From Octopus vulgaris (lineage: Eukaryota), in NCBI GenBank assembly GCA_951406725.2, contig OX597815.1, forward strand, positions 213,652,001 to 213,716,000: a DNA stretch of 64,000 nucleotides, written 5' to 3'. Below, one piece after another: positions 1-13,442 of the stretch (position 1 is the first letter of the stretch; every line of letters starts with the position of its first letter). A program made the position numbers and the translations under genes. A model generated the notes under the pieces. The model searched no databases. It was given only the letters and a program-made list of their open reading frames with translations, and had not been told where the DNA came from.

Positions 1-1514
1 GAACGAGATAACGAGTAGGGTGGTCACTCTCGCCCGGCAATGGGCCGAGAGGAAACTGTCCCTAAAAGGTCGAGCGGAGGTGGCGAACACGTACATCGCG
101 TCCGTCATCTACTACCACCTGACCGTCGTACCTTGTCCCGACCCTACCATCACCAAACTACAACGCATCCTCTTTCGCTTCTTGTGGAAAGGATGCGTCC
201 CGATGGTCAGGCGATCCATTTGCTGTCAACACCCGTTAAAAGGAGAGGCTGGGCATGCCGTGGTTGATGATGCGCAGACACGCGCTGAGACTGCGACATC
301 TCTGGCTCTATGTAGACGACGGTGAACAGGTGTGGTCGCCGTTTGTGAGGCACGCTTTCCCGCAGCTCGTCTCCATGACCGAACTGCAGTCGTGGATCAA
401 AAAGAGGCCGAGGAAGGGCGAATGGCACCGCGAGTGTCGCGTTGCTCTCAAGCAACTCTGCCGTCCTGGGTCGACCTTAAGTGACTTCAACACAACCAAA
501 GCATTCTATAGGGGTTTAGTGGAGGGGAGGTACGACGACGAGCTCGGGGCGAACCTGGACGTCGACGAGGAGTACCTGACCCGCCTGTTCAGGACGACTT
601 TCGGGCCAGGGCCCATGGACAACTTCCAGAGATCCCTGGCCTGGCAGTGCTACCGAGAAGCGCTACCCGTTCGGGATAAGCTCTACAGACACGGCTCGAG
701 AAACACGGGGCCGACCTGCCCGAGATGCGGTCAGAGCGACGAAACCGTTCTGCACGCACTCGTTCAGTGTCCAACAATTTCCGACCTGTGGGCTTATGTC
801 GAACAACTGCTGTCACGTGTGGGACGAGTCGGTTTATCAGCTGAGTCTATCGTCAATATTGTCACGCCTCCTTCCTTCAAACGGGAAGGAAGAGCTATTT
901 TCATCATCCTTGTGGCTATGGCGAAAGAATGTATCTGGTGGACGCGTCTGAAAGGATTGGAGACAAACACTTTCCTCTCTGGTCAATCTCTCATCAACTT
1001 CTTCAAGTACCACTTGAAAAGGAAAGTGAGAGTAGAGAGGCAAGTTTTGTCTAGCGAATGTTTTAAAAAAAGATGGGTGAATGTAGCAAGAATGGCACGT
1101 ATGAATGACGAAGCCACCTTGAGCATAGTCCTATGAACCCAGAAATCGAAAACAGAGAGTTGCTTATTTGCAAAAAAAAAAAAAAAAAAAGAAATATAAA
1201 ATGTGACTTCATTGACCGAGGTTACCGTGGTCTTTTCCGTAGGCTTTTCTTTCCACGGGTAAACCTCACCTGTCCTCCCCTTTACACTTCATATTGACAT
1301 TTCTGTGATAACGATCCCTATTGATCAATTTTTTTTCCTCTCCCCCTTTTTTTTTTAACCCCCTTTTTTTGTCCTCTTTCTCTCCTTTTACGATCCCTTT
1401 TGATCGAAACTCCCCCTTCCTTTTTTTTTTTTTTTTTTCTTAAACCTTCAAAAGAAAAGCTCTACCTTGTAATTTGTTCTATCTGTGTGCAGCCCTGTGT
1501 GGCTAATAAAGAAA
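1..1514 (+). mobile_element. 3' part of a Tx1/L1-clade non-LTR retrotransposon (ORF2 RT C-terminus, zinc-binding domain and 3' UTR); 5' end lies outside the window
   Basis: ORFs 20-325 and 255-1136 join through a frameshift near 245 (LKG/GLGMP). Motifs: 'LSLKGRAEVAN..IASVIYY', 'FRFLWKG', 'LPVRDKL', 'CPRCGQSDETVLHALVQC'. Pyrimidine-rich UTR, AATAAA at 1505-1510, then a direct junction with (CTAT)n. Confidence 0.85.

Positions 1515-1582
<68 letters not shown>
1515..1582. repeat. (CTAT)n/(TATC)n microsatellite abutting the LINE 3' end
   Basis: Perfect 4-bp tandem repeat seen directly. Confidence 0.95.
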
Positions 1583-1583
<1 letters not shown>

Positions 1584-1819
1584 AAGTCGTGTATATATAT
1601 ATATATATCGATACGGACATAGTTTGTACACATCTATGTGTATGTACAAGCATCTTCTTGTTGCAGAAACTATGGATTCCTGATAATCTTGCAGCAACGC
1701 CATGTTCTGTAGTGCGAAATCGATCTCTCTATTAACTTCCAGTGACATGGAAGTCAATGAACAGGGAACCAGTAGCAACGCACACTTTACGGTGCGTTGT
1801 AGTAAAGGATTAAGTTCAC

Positions 1820-2130
1820 TATGACATGACTTTCATCCTTCATGCCACCATGAAGGAGCAGAACCATTCGTTAGAAATTGTCTGGGCAGCTGAGTATCGC
1901 AAGTATTTCCTAGAAGTCTTTCTTTTTTTTTCGCCGTGTTAAAGGTTTTAGCCAATCACACAAGATGAAAAGATTGGATTCTGCTACTCCTTTGCCTTTT
2001 CTTGGAACATTTTGGCAATAAGAATCATATCAATTGTACTCCGAGGCTTCAAAGCAAAACACCTTAGAGCTAAAATAACAATATGCAAGCTTCGTTTTGC
2101 TGATGACGCTGTTCTGATCCTTGACGTTGA
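1820..2130 (+). pseudogene. Decayed RTE-like reverse transcriptase fragment
   Basis: ORF 2012-2200 contains 'AKITICKLRFADDAVLI', a (Y/F)ADD RT motif in RTE-like context. Confidence 0.45.
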
Positions 2131-2971
2131 CATAGCCATTTTGTTCCTTGACGTAGCTATTTTGTTCGGGAACCCTGAAGAGTACCTCTGGTGTGCATAA
2201 TATATATATTATGCTCTGAGATTCTTTATAAAAAGATGAAATAGTCACGGCTAGAATGCATTACTTTTATTTTCTGAGTTTGGATGAAGAGACAAAGTCA
2301 TGACTCTTGGTGGGCTTCGAAGGCTGGTGAAATTGATACGATTAGTGTTTGTTTAAATTGTTGCAGGTCAATAATTGGATGAGTGAGAGAAGATTCCAGA
2401 GGGATAATATTCTGAGGACGAAGGAATGGGTATAGTCTTTAGGGTGATGAAAGCGATTGGGTGCATCAAGGTTGACGAAAGTTGGAAAGACGATTGGGTC
2501 TGAAATGCTTGAGCGATGGAGGTACGAGATCCGCCAGATTCAAGGAATACAGACCAGTGTGGTATTGATAGAGAAGACAAGGATGTCTTGGTGTTAAACA
2601 AAATACCAGCTTTATTCTTATATGGCCCCACGCACACCAGCTGAAAATAGGGTATGCATCAGTTACTTTCAGAAAGTTGGCCAGGATTTCGTTATCTTTG
2701 CAGAACTGGGATCATTTCTTCCTGTTGATCTAATGAAACTACTTCAACACTTAACCTCAAAGTAAGTTCAATAATCGTTTCGGCTTGCCTAGCGATTGAA
2801 CCCGGATTCTAGTGATAGCTGGTGTACCTTCCACGTTAAACATAACACACACTGGCATCTGTCAACCGAGTAATTACTGTTAATGAAGAATAACACAAGT
2901 GCTTGCAGCTCTTAGCTCATTATCTTATGCAGATTACTAGGGCGGAGATCTGGCGGGGTTGTCAACGATTG

Positions 2972-3170
2972 TTACTCTTTTACTTGTTTCAGTCAGTTGA
3001 CTGCGGCCATGCTGGAGCACCGCCTTTGGTCGAGTAAATCGACCCCAGGACTTATTCTTTGTTAGCCTAGTACTTATTCTATCGGTCTCTTTTGCCGAAC
3101 CGCTAAGTTACGTGGACGTAAACACACCAGCATCGGTTGTCAAGTGATGTTGGGGGAGGGGGAAAACACA

Positions 3171-3231
<61 letters not shown>

Positions 3232-3438
3232 ACACACAGACACACACAAACACACATATATATATACATATACATATATACGATGGGCCTCTTTTCAGTT
3301 TCCATTTACCAAATTCACTCACAAGGTTTTGGTCGGCCCGAGGCTATAGTAGAAGACACTTGCCCAAGATACCACGCAGTGGGACTGAACCAGGAACCAT
3401 GTGGTTGGTAAGCAAGCTACTTACCACACAGCCACTCC
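2972..3438 (-). mobile_element. tRNA-derived SINE family A (CORE-like central domain, internal (CA)n/(TA)n tract)
   Basis: Reverse complement matches the family at 39482-39930: GGAGTGGCTGTGTGGTAAG head, GGTTCAGTCCC B-box-like motif, CTTGGGCAAGTGTC core, GACTGAAACAAGTAAAAGAG tail. Confidence 0.85.
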
Positions 3439-4839
3439 GGCTCTTTACATTCTGAATTCAAATCCCGTTGACGTCAGCTTTGCCTTCCATTCTTTCGGGG
3501 TCGATGAAATAAAGTACCAGTTCAGTACTGAGGTTAACCCCTTCCCCTGAAATCTCCGGCCTTGTGTAAAAAACAATTATGTAAATTACTATTAATATAA
3601 ATCCTCCGTGACACTTTTTCTATATATAAAACCTCTGTCGGTTGATCAAAATAGTTCGAGTTAGGAAATGTCTATGATAAGGTCTAAAGCTGTCACCTTG
3701 TCCACTAAGTAAAACCAGATTCCCCACTAATCAAATAAATTAAATTTTGTGAAATTGAATCCTTAATGTCTTAAAATTATCCCCCCCCTTTACTTTGAAA
3801 CAATTACCATTAGGTGTTTACTTTCTTCCTCAAACTTTGAGATAAATTTCAATTATTCAAGATTAAGAAATTAATTGCATATGTCATTTAATACAGCACC
3901 ACTTACTCGATGGTGCTTTAATGTTTGACTAACCATCTATTTCTGACAGCATCATTCGTATGTTTCAGTTGCGTGTTTATTATCTTTTGGTGTAGAGGGC
4001 GCTTTCTTTACTGAGCTATCAAGAAACGAAAGTGGTTTATAGTTATTGTATTACAAAGAGATGGGTGAGGGGAGGAAAGGGAGTGAGAACCGAAGCAAAA
4101 AGAACGAAGAGGAAAGAATGAAAATGAACGACATCATGAAATAGAAGAAGGAATGAGTTAAGAAGGAACGGGAAAAAAGAAAAGGTCCTGAAAGAATGAG
4201 TGGGTGGTGGGGAGTGGGAGTGAACTCAGGAGAAGCAAGAAGAAAAGTAAAAGGATGAGTCAGAGATTTAGGGATTGTGAGAGTATGTGTGTGAGTGTGT
4301 GTGTGTGTAAGTGTGTGTGAGTGTGTGAAAAAGAGACCCCATTTTTTTTCCAAGTCTGGTACTTGATCTATCGGTCTCTTATGCCGAACTGTTGTGTTAT
4401 GAGGACGTCATCGAACATTCGTTGTCAAACGGCGATGAGGGACAAACATAAAGACAGACCTTCGCACATACATGCATACATACGTATATACATACATGCA
4501 TACATACATACATACATACATACATACATACATACATACAGATATGTGCGTGCGTGTGTGTGTGTGCGTGCGTGTGCATGTGTGAGTATGTGTATGAGTG
4601 TGGAAGGTACGTGTGTGTAAGTGTGTGTGTGTGTGTGTGTAAGATGTGAGTACGTACGGGTGTGTATATGTACATATGGTGGGATTCTTTCAGTTTTCAT
4701 GTACCAAATTCATTCACAAGGCTTTGGTCGGCCGGTGTTGTAGTAAAAGGTTCTGCACAGTTAGACCGAACCCGAGACCACATGGTTGCGAAGCAGGTTT
4801 TTCAATCACAGCCACTTTCAACCACTATTTGTAGAAGTT

Positions 4840-5060
4840 AAGCCGCTGAGCTGGCAGAGTCGTTACCGCGCTGAGACAAAACGTTTACCGGCATTTCTTC
4901 TAGCTTTACGTTCTGAGTTCAAATGTTGCTGTGGTCGATTTTACCTTTCATCCTTTCTGGATCGATCAAATAAGTACCAGTTGAGCACTGGACCGATGAT
5001 ATCGACATAACCCAACCCACATAAAATTGCAGGCATTGTGCCACGATTTTAAACCATTAT
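4840..5060 (+). mobile_element. SINE family B (Nin/Deu-like domain), degenerate
   Basis: GAGCTGGCAGA...GTTCTGAGTTCAAAT...CTTTCATCCTTTC..GATC.AAATAAGTACCAG matches copies at 17678, 18745 and 24915. Confidence 0.7.
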
Positions 5061-6021
5061 TTTCAGAAGCTCATATCCTGTGTTAGTAGACTTTACTTTC
5101 CATACTTCCTGTATGAAGAAAATAGGTAGAAGTTCAATTTATTTCTCGACTCAATCAACACTGTCCTCCTTTACGAGGATACAGTCGATTCCTATGCTAG
5201 AAATTATTATTTAGTTTTGTCACTGTACGTTCTGTGTTCAAACTGCATCGATTATGAAAGATCTATGATTAATATATTCACTTGGGCGGCTTCATTCACC
5301 TTTACTACTCCACGACAAAAAATTGATTTTGTATTTGTAAACGAAGAGGATCAACTTACGGTAAATGTGGAAGTAATCTCCTTTGGAAGAGGAAGTTAAA
5401 AAGTGGATATACAAAAGGGAAGACTGATAAAAAAACGAAAGAACTGAAGCTATGGAAAGAGAGAAGAGCAAAATATATAAAGGTGAGAGAAAACGTGGAG
5501 AAAATGGCGATTGAGAAATTAAGAAACATGGTGACTAGATATATGTTGAAATACATACACATAGATAAAATCATAGAATGAGTGAAAAAAAAAAGATGAA
5601 ATAAATGAACAGATAAACAGATAAACTATAGAATTAAAAGAAATCGAGACAGGAAAAAAATACTCAGGAAGCAATTTTATTAACCTACTTTTAAGTTTAT
5701 ACTAAATAGTTCGTTCACTTTTGAACCTTGTTCAGATATCAGTTTTTTTCTATCGCTTATCTCTGAGTATTTTTTTTAAAGAGAGGGGTGTTATTTTGTT
5801 TTTCTTATTGGAAATAGGCCAGGGCATAGTTTTATTTTCTTATTACTTAGAATCTAACACCCACCCAAAATACTTTTGTTATCGTTGCTTAATTTTTGCT
5901 AGTTAAAATCTTAAACTTGAAACAAAAGCCAAAAAAAACTAGATTGAAAACCAATTAATATCTTATTTACAAAAATAAACTAAATATTTTAGATTTTAAG
6001 TTTTTAAAGAATATTTTGTAT

Positions 6022-6430
6022 CGGCGTGACTGTGTGGTTAGAAGCTTACTTCCCAACCACATCGTTTCTGATTCAGTCCCATGGTGTGACACATTGGACA
6101 AGTGTCTTCCTCTATTGTCTCGGGCCGGCAAAAGCCTTGAGATTGAATTTCGCAGACGGAAACTGAAAGAAGCCCGTCGTGTGTGCGTGTGTGGATTGGT
6201 ATATATGTATGTATGTATTTGTGTGTGTATGTGTTTCTCCCCCTCCTCCCACTACTTGGTAACGGATGTTGGTTTGTTTACGTTCCCGTAAATTAGCAGT
6301 TTGGCAAAGGAGATCGATAGAATAACTACCAGGCTTAAAACAAGTACTGAGGGCAATTTGTTCGACTAAACCTCTCAAGGCGGTGCTGTAGCATGGCCAT
6401 AGTCCAATGACTGAAACAGGTAAAAGATAA
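6022..6430 (+). mobile_element. SINE family A copy
   Basis: Same head, core, internal microsatellite and tail as 39482-39930. Confidence 0.8.
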
Positions 6431-6636
6431 ACGGCAAAGTCTTCTTCCATTCTATCTGTCAGTTCACTGATACAAATCGTCATCACGAAAACGATCGAAG
6501 TCATGGAACAGAGGCAGCTCAGCCTTGTTTCTACTTTACCCGAATCGCGTTGATCAATTGATAAAAAACCTCGGTCGATTTACTGGCGACACCAGTTGCT
6601 CCCATTGCTACCAGTTCATACATGCATAGATACATA

Positions 6637-6849
6637 CGAAGGGGTGCTGAAGAGTTCCTAGTTTTAAGGGTATCGCAAAAGGCCTGGTTGGAAGTATTTC
6701 CGAGTTCTTTTACAGGGTTTAGAAAAACTGAAGGACCGCTGCAATACGTGTGTGCATCTGAGAAGGGGAATAAGTTGAATAAAATCATAATTAACTGATC
6801 TCCTGAATTTTCTTTTACTCAAAGCCAAGAACTTTTCAATACCCCCTCG
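6637..6849. mobile_element. Tc1/mariner-type MITE (~213 bp)
   Basis: Imperfect TIRs CGAAGGGGTGCTGAAGAGTTCCT / AAGAACTTTTCAATACCCCCTCG, flanked by TA on both sides. Confidence 0.75.
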
Positions 6850-6996
6850 TACCTACCTACCATCCTACATACCTACCTACATACATACATACATACATAC
6901 GTACGTACATACTTAATACATACATATATGCATGCATGCATACATGCATGTATACATACATGAAATGCATACGTACATTACATACATGCATATATC

Positions 6997-7051
<55 letters not shown>

Positions 7052-10000
7052 GTATGTATGTATATATTTATAGCTATATACATACACACGCGCACACACA
7101 CCCACACACATATATATATATATACATATATACATACATGCATGTAGTGTGTGTGTTTATGTTTGTGTGTTTGTGTGTGTGTGTGTGTGTGTGCATTCCT
7201 CAGTCTTTGTCGAGGTGGATCATAGGCTCAGAGATCGAGCTGTCTTTGTAAGTATCGGCTACAAGGCTGTTACAGAGCAGCGAGTAAACCGAGGCCTACG
7301 AAAAACAGATCAGTGAGTTCAGGCGTTTGCGATCGCCACGTTCCCTGCCTGGAGAGTTTCAAAATCGCCGATAGATTCACGCAGCCAATGGATCGTGTGC
7401 GGCTAATATTGCCTGCATCGGCATACCGGAAGTATCTCTCGTTACTGACATGGCGCGATGACGCATGGTGTCCTTCTGGGGTCATCTTTTGCACACAATT
7501 ATACCTTAACATTCAATACACATCTGACCCCACCCGTCATTCAGCTTGATACCAATTTGGAACACCGGAAGAGAGTTCCCCCAAGCATGCTCTGTGACTC
7601 AGATGTAGCTCCCAAATGTGCAAGAATTTGATTCTATGTGTCGGTATGCACACATTCTGCATATCTCTCAACAACTGTCGCATACCAATTGTTTTGCCTT
7701 TTTTTAAACCGATGTCAAAAATACCAAATTTAGTATTCGATTCCAAACCGCGTCGTCCATATATCTCTAAAACAGACTGGATGCTATCAAAGAATAGGGC
7801 GGATCCTGTGCCACTGGAAATGATCCTCTTGTCTCAGTCCATGCTGCTGCAGCGTACAGTTGCATGATATATGTTGTCAATAAATAATTAGACAATCTCC
7901 TGAATTCCAGGCCACCTTATCGGTAGATTCACCTGACCGATGTCGTTGAAACTAGCATTGCATATACCTGTTAAGGTCCTGCTTATCAGTCAGTTTGTCG
8001 ACATTGCAGTACACCGCAGATGCCAAGGGGGGTACACCAGGGGAGTTACCGCAAAGCAGTTCTGCATCATGATATGCATTCTGGTGTTACAGTCGCTCAG
8101 TCATTCGCGCCATTTCTGCCTATTTTAGAAAGACAAATAGATGATGACCTAAGCCACTGACCAGCATAGAAGACGCGATATCAAACCCACGTCCAATGTT
8201 GCGTGGATATCGGATAGGAGATTATGAAATATGTCGTTTGATTACTTCTTTGTTCGTTGTATTTCATATAAAAATCAAATTTTCACGTGTTGTCTTCCAA
8301 ACCAATTTTGATTAATAATGGAACAACTTGGTCCAAACCATCAGCAACAAGGATTACTTATTGATCATTAGGTCCCATAGACCAATGATCCACTAATATT
8401 ACCATTCGAGTAATGATTCGCTAATACTGGAGTACCAAACAGTGAGAGGCATACTTTATATTTCTTAATTAGGCAACCAAAGCGAAAACTGGGAGCCAGA
8501 GCGATCCTTTGTTGACTTCGGTATATACAGTCACAAGGAGCAATCTCGGGGTAAAGTGTTAAAAGCTTTACTCATTTTAGATTTAACCAAAACATCTGCC
8601 ATCGACTTTCTGTCCTGATTCACATAACTCTTTAATACTTATGCATGGCAGTGTGTACTTGGAGATATCGTTGCTCTCTGTCGTTGACTGCAGCGATCGG
8701 ACCACTTTCTGTGGGCGTCCTCTTGCGGAGGCTGGTGGCAAATACACCCGTAGTTACATAATTGATTTATTCCATTTTAATTTAGTATAAATCTAATTAA
8801 TTACACTTTTTATTTAATTAATTCAGTTTAATCTTTAAGTTAATTAATCTTTAACTCAATGTAATTTTTTTAATGCTTCAATTCTATTTAAGTTTCATCA
8901 ACTTCCCTTTTCAGCCTTTATATAGGAGGCTTGCCTCTTTCATAAAACAGAGGAATGCCCTTGTCAAATGACGTTTGTGTTTACGCACAATTTGAGTGTG
9001 TATAATTTAATTTGCACTATTTAGGGCAAAGTATGAACGTCACAACTAAGGGTTATACTTAAAACGAGGGTCAATCACCTTGCCTTATGTTTGAAATTTC
9101 TGAATACGAATTGTAAAATATTTGTTGCAGTATTTTTGCCTCGTGTTGAGTAAATTCTAATAAACCATTCTCCCTGAGACCAGGTTATTCTCTGTTCAGG
9201 CAGAAAATCTAGAAATACAGAAAAATAAATTAATTCATTTATTCTTTTATTTGTATTTATTACTTAGAGAGAATATTTGCCTAAAATGCCGCACAGCGGA
9301 ATTGAATGAGAAATCCTTTTACATTGCTGCTGCTGCTGCTGTTTCACCACCTGTAAGACCGGATTGTTAAACAACTGTTTAACTTGTAGTAAAGAAAGAT
9401 TCTGAACTTAGATTCGATTCGTCGCTAGCCTAGTTTTAAAATGGCAGATTTTATTCTGGGGCGTTTTGACTGATTTTCCCACGACATGGACCATGAGTGC
9501 TTTTAGTGGAGTTCATTCAGTTACGAGCATTGCGGCCATATAACCCAATACTTGAAGATGATTTCTCTCGCAGATGTGGAGGACCCGTTAAAATAAAGGT
9601 TCATACTGACTGCTCTTCCGTCTCTGACTAAACGGTGAAGCAACAGAAATGTCATCTGATACAAGTACATACGCTTACAGAGGGAAAATATGCATGCAAT
9701 TTGGTAGTTTCGAATACATATACATGGACAACATTTGTGAGATTAGTTAGAATATTTATTGTAGAAAGTAACAATATAGAAGAACAAGTGAACGCCTACA
9801 ACATATTGTACATACAAATTTTGGCAAATTCAAATTTTGGCAAAAGGCCAGTAATTTTGGGCAAATGTGTTCAACTGGTACTTATTTTATCGACCCAAAA
9901 AGGCACCGTCGACCTCGGCTGAATTCGAACTCAGAACATGAAGTTGGACGAAATAACCATTCTGCCAGTTCGCCGTTTTACATATTTAATGCTATAACAT

Positions 10001-10319
10001 CATTATGACTGGAAATTTTAAGCCCAAAATTTGTGTGTACATACATAAACTATTGACAATAAAAGACCTGAGATATAAAATCATTTAGATTAAATATGTA
10101 AAAGTTGCGTAACTTTTAAAATTTTCTGGTGTCCCAAGGGACCCCGCTGGCCCACGATGGGTTAAACTCTGTTGCGGTGGACGTTTCCTTTCATCTCTCG
10201 GGTCTCGATAAAATAAGTACCATTTTAGCACTGGAGTCGATGTAAACAACTTGTCCTCTCCCATCAAAATTTCTGGCCTTGTGCCAAAATTAGAAAGAAT
10301 TATTTATGTCATTTTTATC

Positions 10320-10960
10320 GTTCCAGGGCTTTAACCGATAACCGCTACTACTGACGAAATGGTCTGACATCAACAATCATTCCACCCAGTAAATATCGCC
10401 CAAAGAAAGAAGCCACCACCTTTCTCAGAGACGGAGAGAAGTCCACTTCTGCGAAACATCAACAATTGTGCTTACTCTTCCCAGCCCTAGACTGCCAGCT
10501 TAGAGTGGGTTTCGCGAAGTTTCCAGATCATATCGAACCAACAACGCTCGGCTCAGACACAGTAATCTCAAATTCTACCAAACAGGTGATCACGTGGGAA
10601 GTAACTATGCTCTGAGAAGAATATAAAAAGAAGTGGCTTGCTAAATACCAAGCGCTGGTAGATCAGTGTAGAAATCAGGGCTGAGGTGGGCTGTGTTTAT
10701 TCTGCAAAGCATTGAATGGGCTTTGGGTTGCTGATGATGCATCAAAGAAGAGGTGCCGTGGATTTTATTCTTGAAACTGCAGAGAATGCCGCTTCGTGGC
10801 TTTGGATAAAGGGGGGTAGGCCGGTGGTTTGTTGCAACTGCGATACAATATGGTAGTTGATAAACCCGGTTTGGATGAAGTGGGCGAAAGGGTATGAAGT
10901 TGCGAGATTCGAAACCTCCTAAAACATCCAAAATCATCACTGATGAAGCATCTTGCAACA
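10320..10960 (+). mobile_element. Decayed Hero/NeSL-like (R2 superclade) non-LTR retrotransposon 3' end
   Basis: Broken frames give FPDHI..TTL..D.VIS.STKQVI..WE and KYQALVDQCRNQG, i.e. a restriction-like endonuclease region. The 3' end 'CATCACTGATGA' resembles Hero-type termini (from recall). Confidence 0.55.
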
Positions 10961-10981
10961 TCTGCGAAATGTATCTTGGAA

Positions 10982-11074
<93 letters not shown>

Positions 11075-11132
11075 TATATACACATATATACATACATACA
11101 TGTATGTACATGTATATCTAAATCTACCGAAG

Positions 11133-11202
<70 letters not shown>

Positions 11203-11248
11203 TACATACATACATGTATGTACATGTATATCTAAATCTACCGAAGTC

Positions 11249-11291
<43 letters not shown>

Positions 11292-11535
11292 GTATATATA
11301 TATATGCATACATATGTATATATGCATATACATTCATGCACACACTCATACACACGCAGCACACCTATATATATATATTGCAGCTATTTGAAAGTGTTCT
11401 CTAGAATTGGTTGTTGTTATAAAAGTTATTAGTTTTCCATTTCAAGACATTCATGTTGGTTAATAACTGTTTAACCTTCAATGACTTGGATTATAACTGA
11501 ACAGTTTTTCCACATTCACTTTAACAAGCATACAT

Positions 11536-11588
<53 letters not shown>

Positions 11589-11709
11589 TACACACACACA
11601 AACACACATACACACAAACACACACACTAACACACATACATATATATATATATATACATATATATATACACATATATACATACATACATGTATGTACATG
11701 TATATCTAA

Positions 11710-11743
<34 letters not shown>

Positions 11744-11815
11744 TTGTGTGTGTTTGTGTGTATGTGTGTGTGTGTGTGTTAGTGTGTTGGGGGCATGCCT
11801 GTGTGTGTGTGTATG

Positions 11816-11848
<33 letters not shown>

Positions 11849-11998
11849 AAAGTATATATACATGCATGTATTCAAACAAATATTTTCATATAAATGCATG
11901 TATACACATACAAAGACACAAACACACACATAGACAAACACACCCACACATGCACACAAATACATGCACGAAACATTTATATCCTGCGCCTAGGTGCC

Positions 11999-12176
11999 AC
12001 GCAGGAGTGGCTGTGTGGTAAGTAGCTTGCTTACCAGCCACATGGTTCCAGGTTCAGTCCCACAGCGTGGCACCTTGGGCAAGTGTCTTCTACTATAGCC
12101 TCGAGCCGACCAAAGCCCTGTGAGTGGGTTTGGTAGACGGAAACTGAAAGACGCCCGTCGTATGTATATATATATA

Positions 12177-12207
<31 letters not shown>

Positions 12208-12372
12208 TTGTCCCCCCAACATCGCTTGGCAACCGATGCTGGCGTGTTTACGATCCCGTAACTTTGCAGTTCGGCATAAGAGACCGATAGAATAAGTCCT
12301 GGGTTCGATTTGCTCGAGTAAAAGGCGGTGCTCCAGCATGGCCGCTGTTAAATGACTGAAACAAGTAGAAAG
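11999..12372 (+). mobile_element. SINE family A copy
   Basis: GCAGGAGTGGCTGTGTGGTAAG head through to the ATGACTGAAACAAGTA tail. Confidence 0.85.
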
Positions 12373-12474
12373 ACAAAAAAAAAAGTTTCCCAATGATTAG
12401 ATTCGCACATATATGTTTGAGTAGACATACACATCATCATCATCATCATCATCATCATCATTATCCTAATCATA

Positions 12475-12860
12475 GCTTAGGACGTTATCAAAGAAGCTTG
12501 AGAGGCGGTTGGATGGAACCTACACTCGCCTCCTTATGAGAACTCAAAATCTCTCGTGGAAGCGTCATCCAACCAAAGTACAAGTATATGGGAAACTACC
12601 ACCTGTGTCATCTCTTGTGAAAGGTAGGAGAGTCCAGTTTGCTGGACATTGTTGTAGAACTGAAAACGAGGCAATTTCTACTCTTCTCCTCTGGAAGCCA
12701 TCTACTCGCAATACCAGAGGGTGCACACTCTCCTACCCTGATGTAATCTCCAGGGATACAGGCATCCAGGACCTCCGTAATGCCATGATGGACCGTGAAG
12801 TCTGGCGTAGCATGGTATATTCCATTGTCTCGACCACGGTCGAACAATGATGATGATGAT
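12475..12860 (+). mobile_element. 5'-truncated RTE-X/RTE-like LINE 3' end with (ATG)n tail
   Basis: ORF 12509-12850 'DGTYTRLLMRTQNLSWKRH...RRVQFAGHCCR...LLLWKP...AMMDREVWR', followed by TGATGATGATGAT. Confidence 0.75.
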
Positions 12861-13007
12861 AGCTTAACTTTCACTTTTCTATGCCTACATGGGTCGAACA
12901 GACTCTGTTGTGACGGATTTTCGACGTCCAGATGCCCTTCCTGTTGTCAACTTTCACCTCTTTCCAAGTGCACACACAAAATCACTGAAACACACACATA
13001 TGTATAT

Positions 13008-13044
<37 letters not shown>

Positions 13045-13442
13045 GACGGGCTTCTTTCAGTTTCTGTCTGCCAAATCCACTCACAAGGCCTCAGGCCATA
13101 GTAGAAAATACTTGTCCAAGATGCCACGTGGTGGGACTGAACATGGGACCATGTGGGTAGGTAGTTTGCTTCCCAACCACATGGTTCCGAGTTCAGTTCC
13201 ACTGCATGACACTTTGGGCAAGCATCTTCTGCTATAGCCTCGGGCTGACCAAAGCCTTTTGAGTGGATTTGGTAGACGGAAACGGAAAGAAGCCCATTAT
13301 ATATATATATATTTAGTCAGTACGAGGATATATAAACCTCTTATGGGAATAGTTTCATCCAAGTTACACTGTTTTAATATATTATATTGTTGAGAAATAT
13401 GTCTCCAATATAAAAAAAATAGGTATATTATAAATATCAAAT

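Noticed and set aside
10936-10978. CTGATGA...GAAAT-GTA hammerhead-like string at the Hero-like 3' end
   Set aside because: Helix II is possible but helix I (ATCA versus TCTT) cannot pair.
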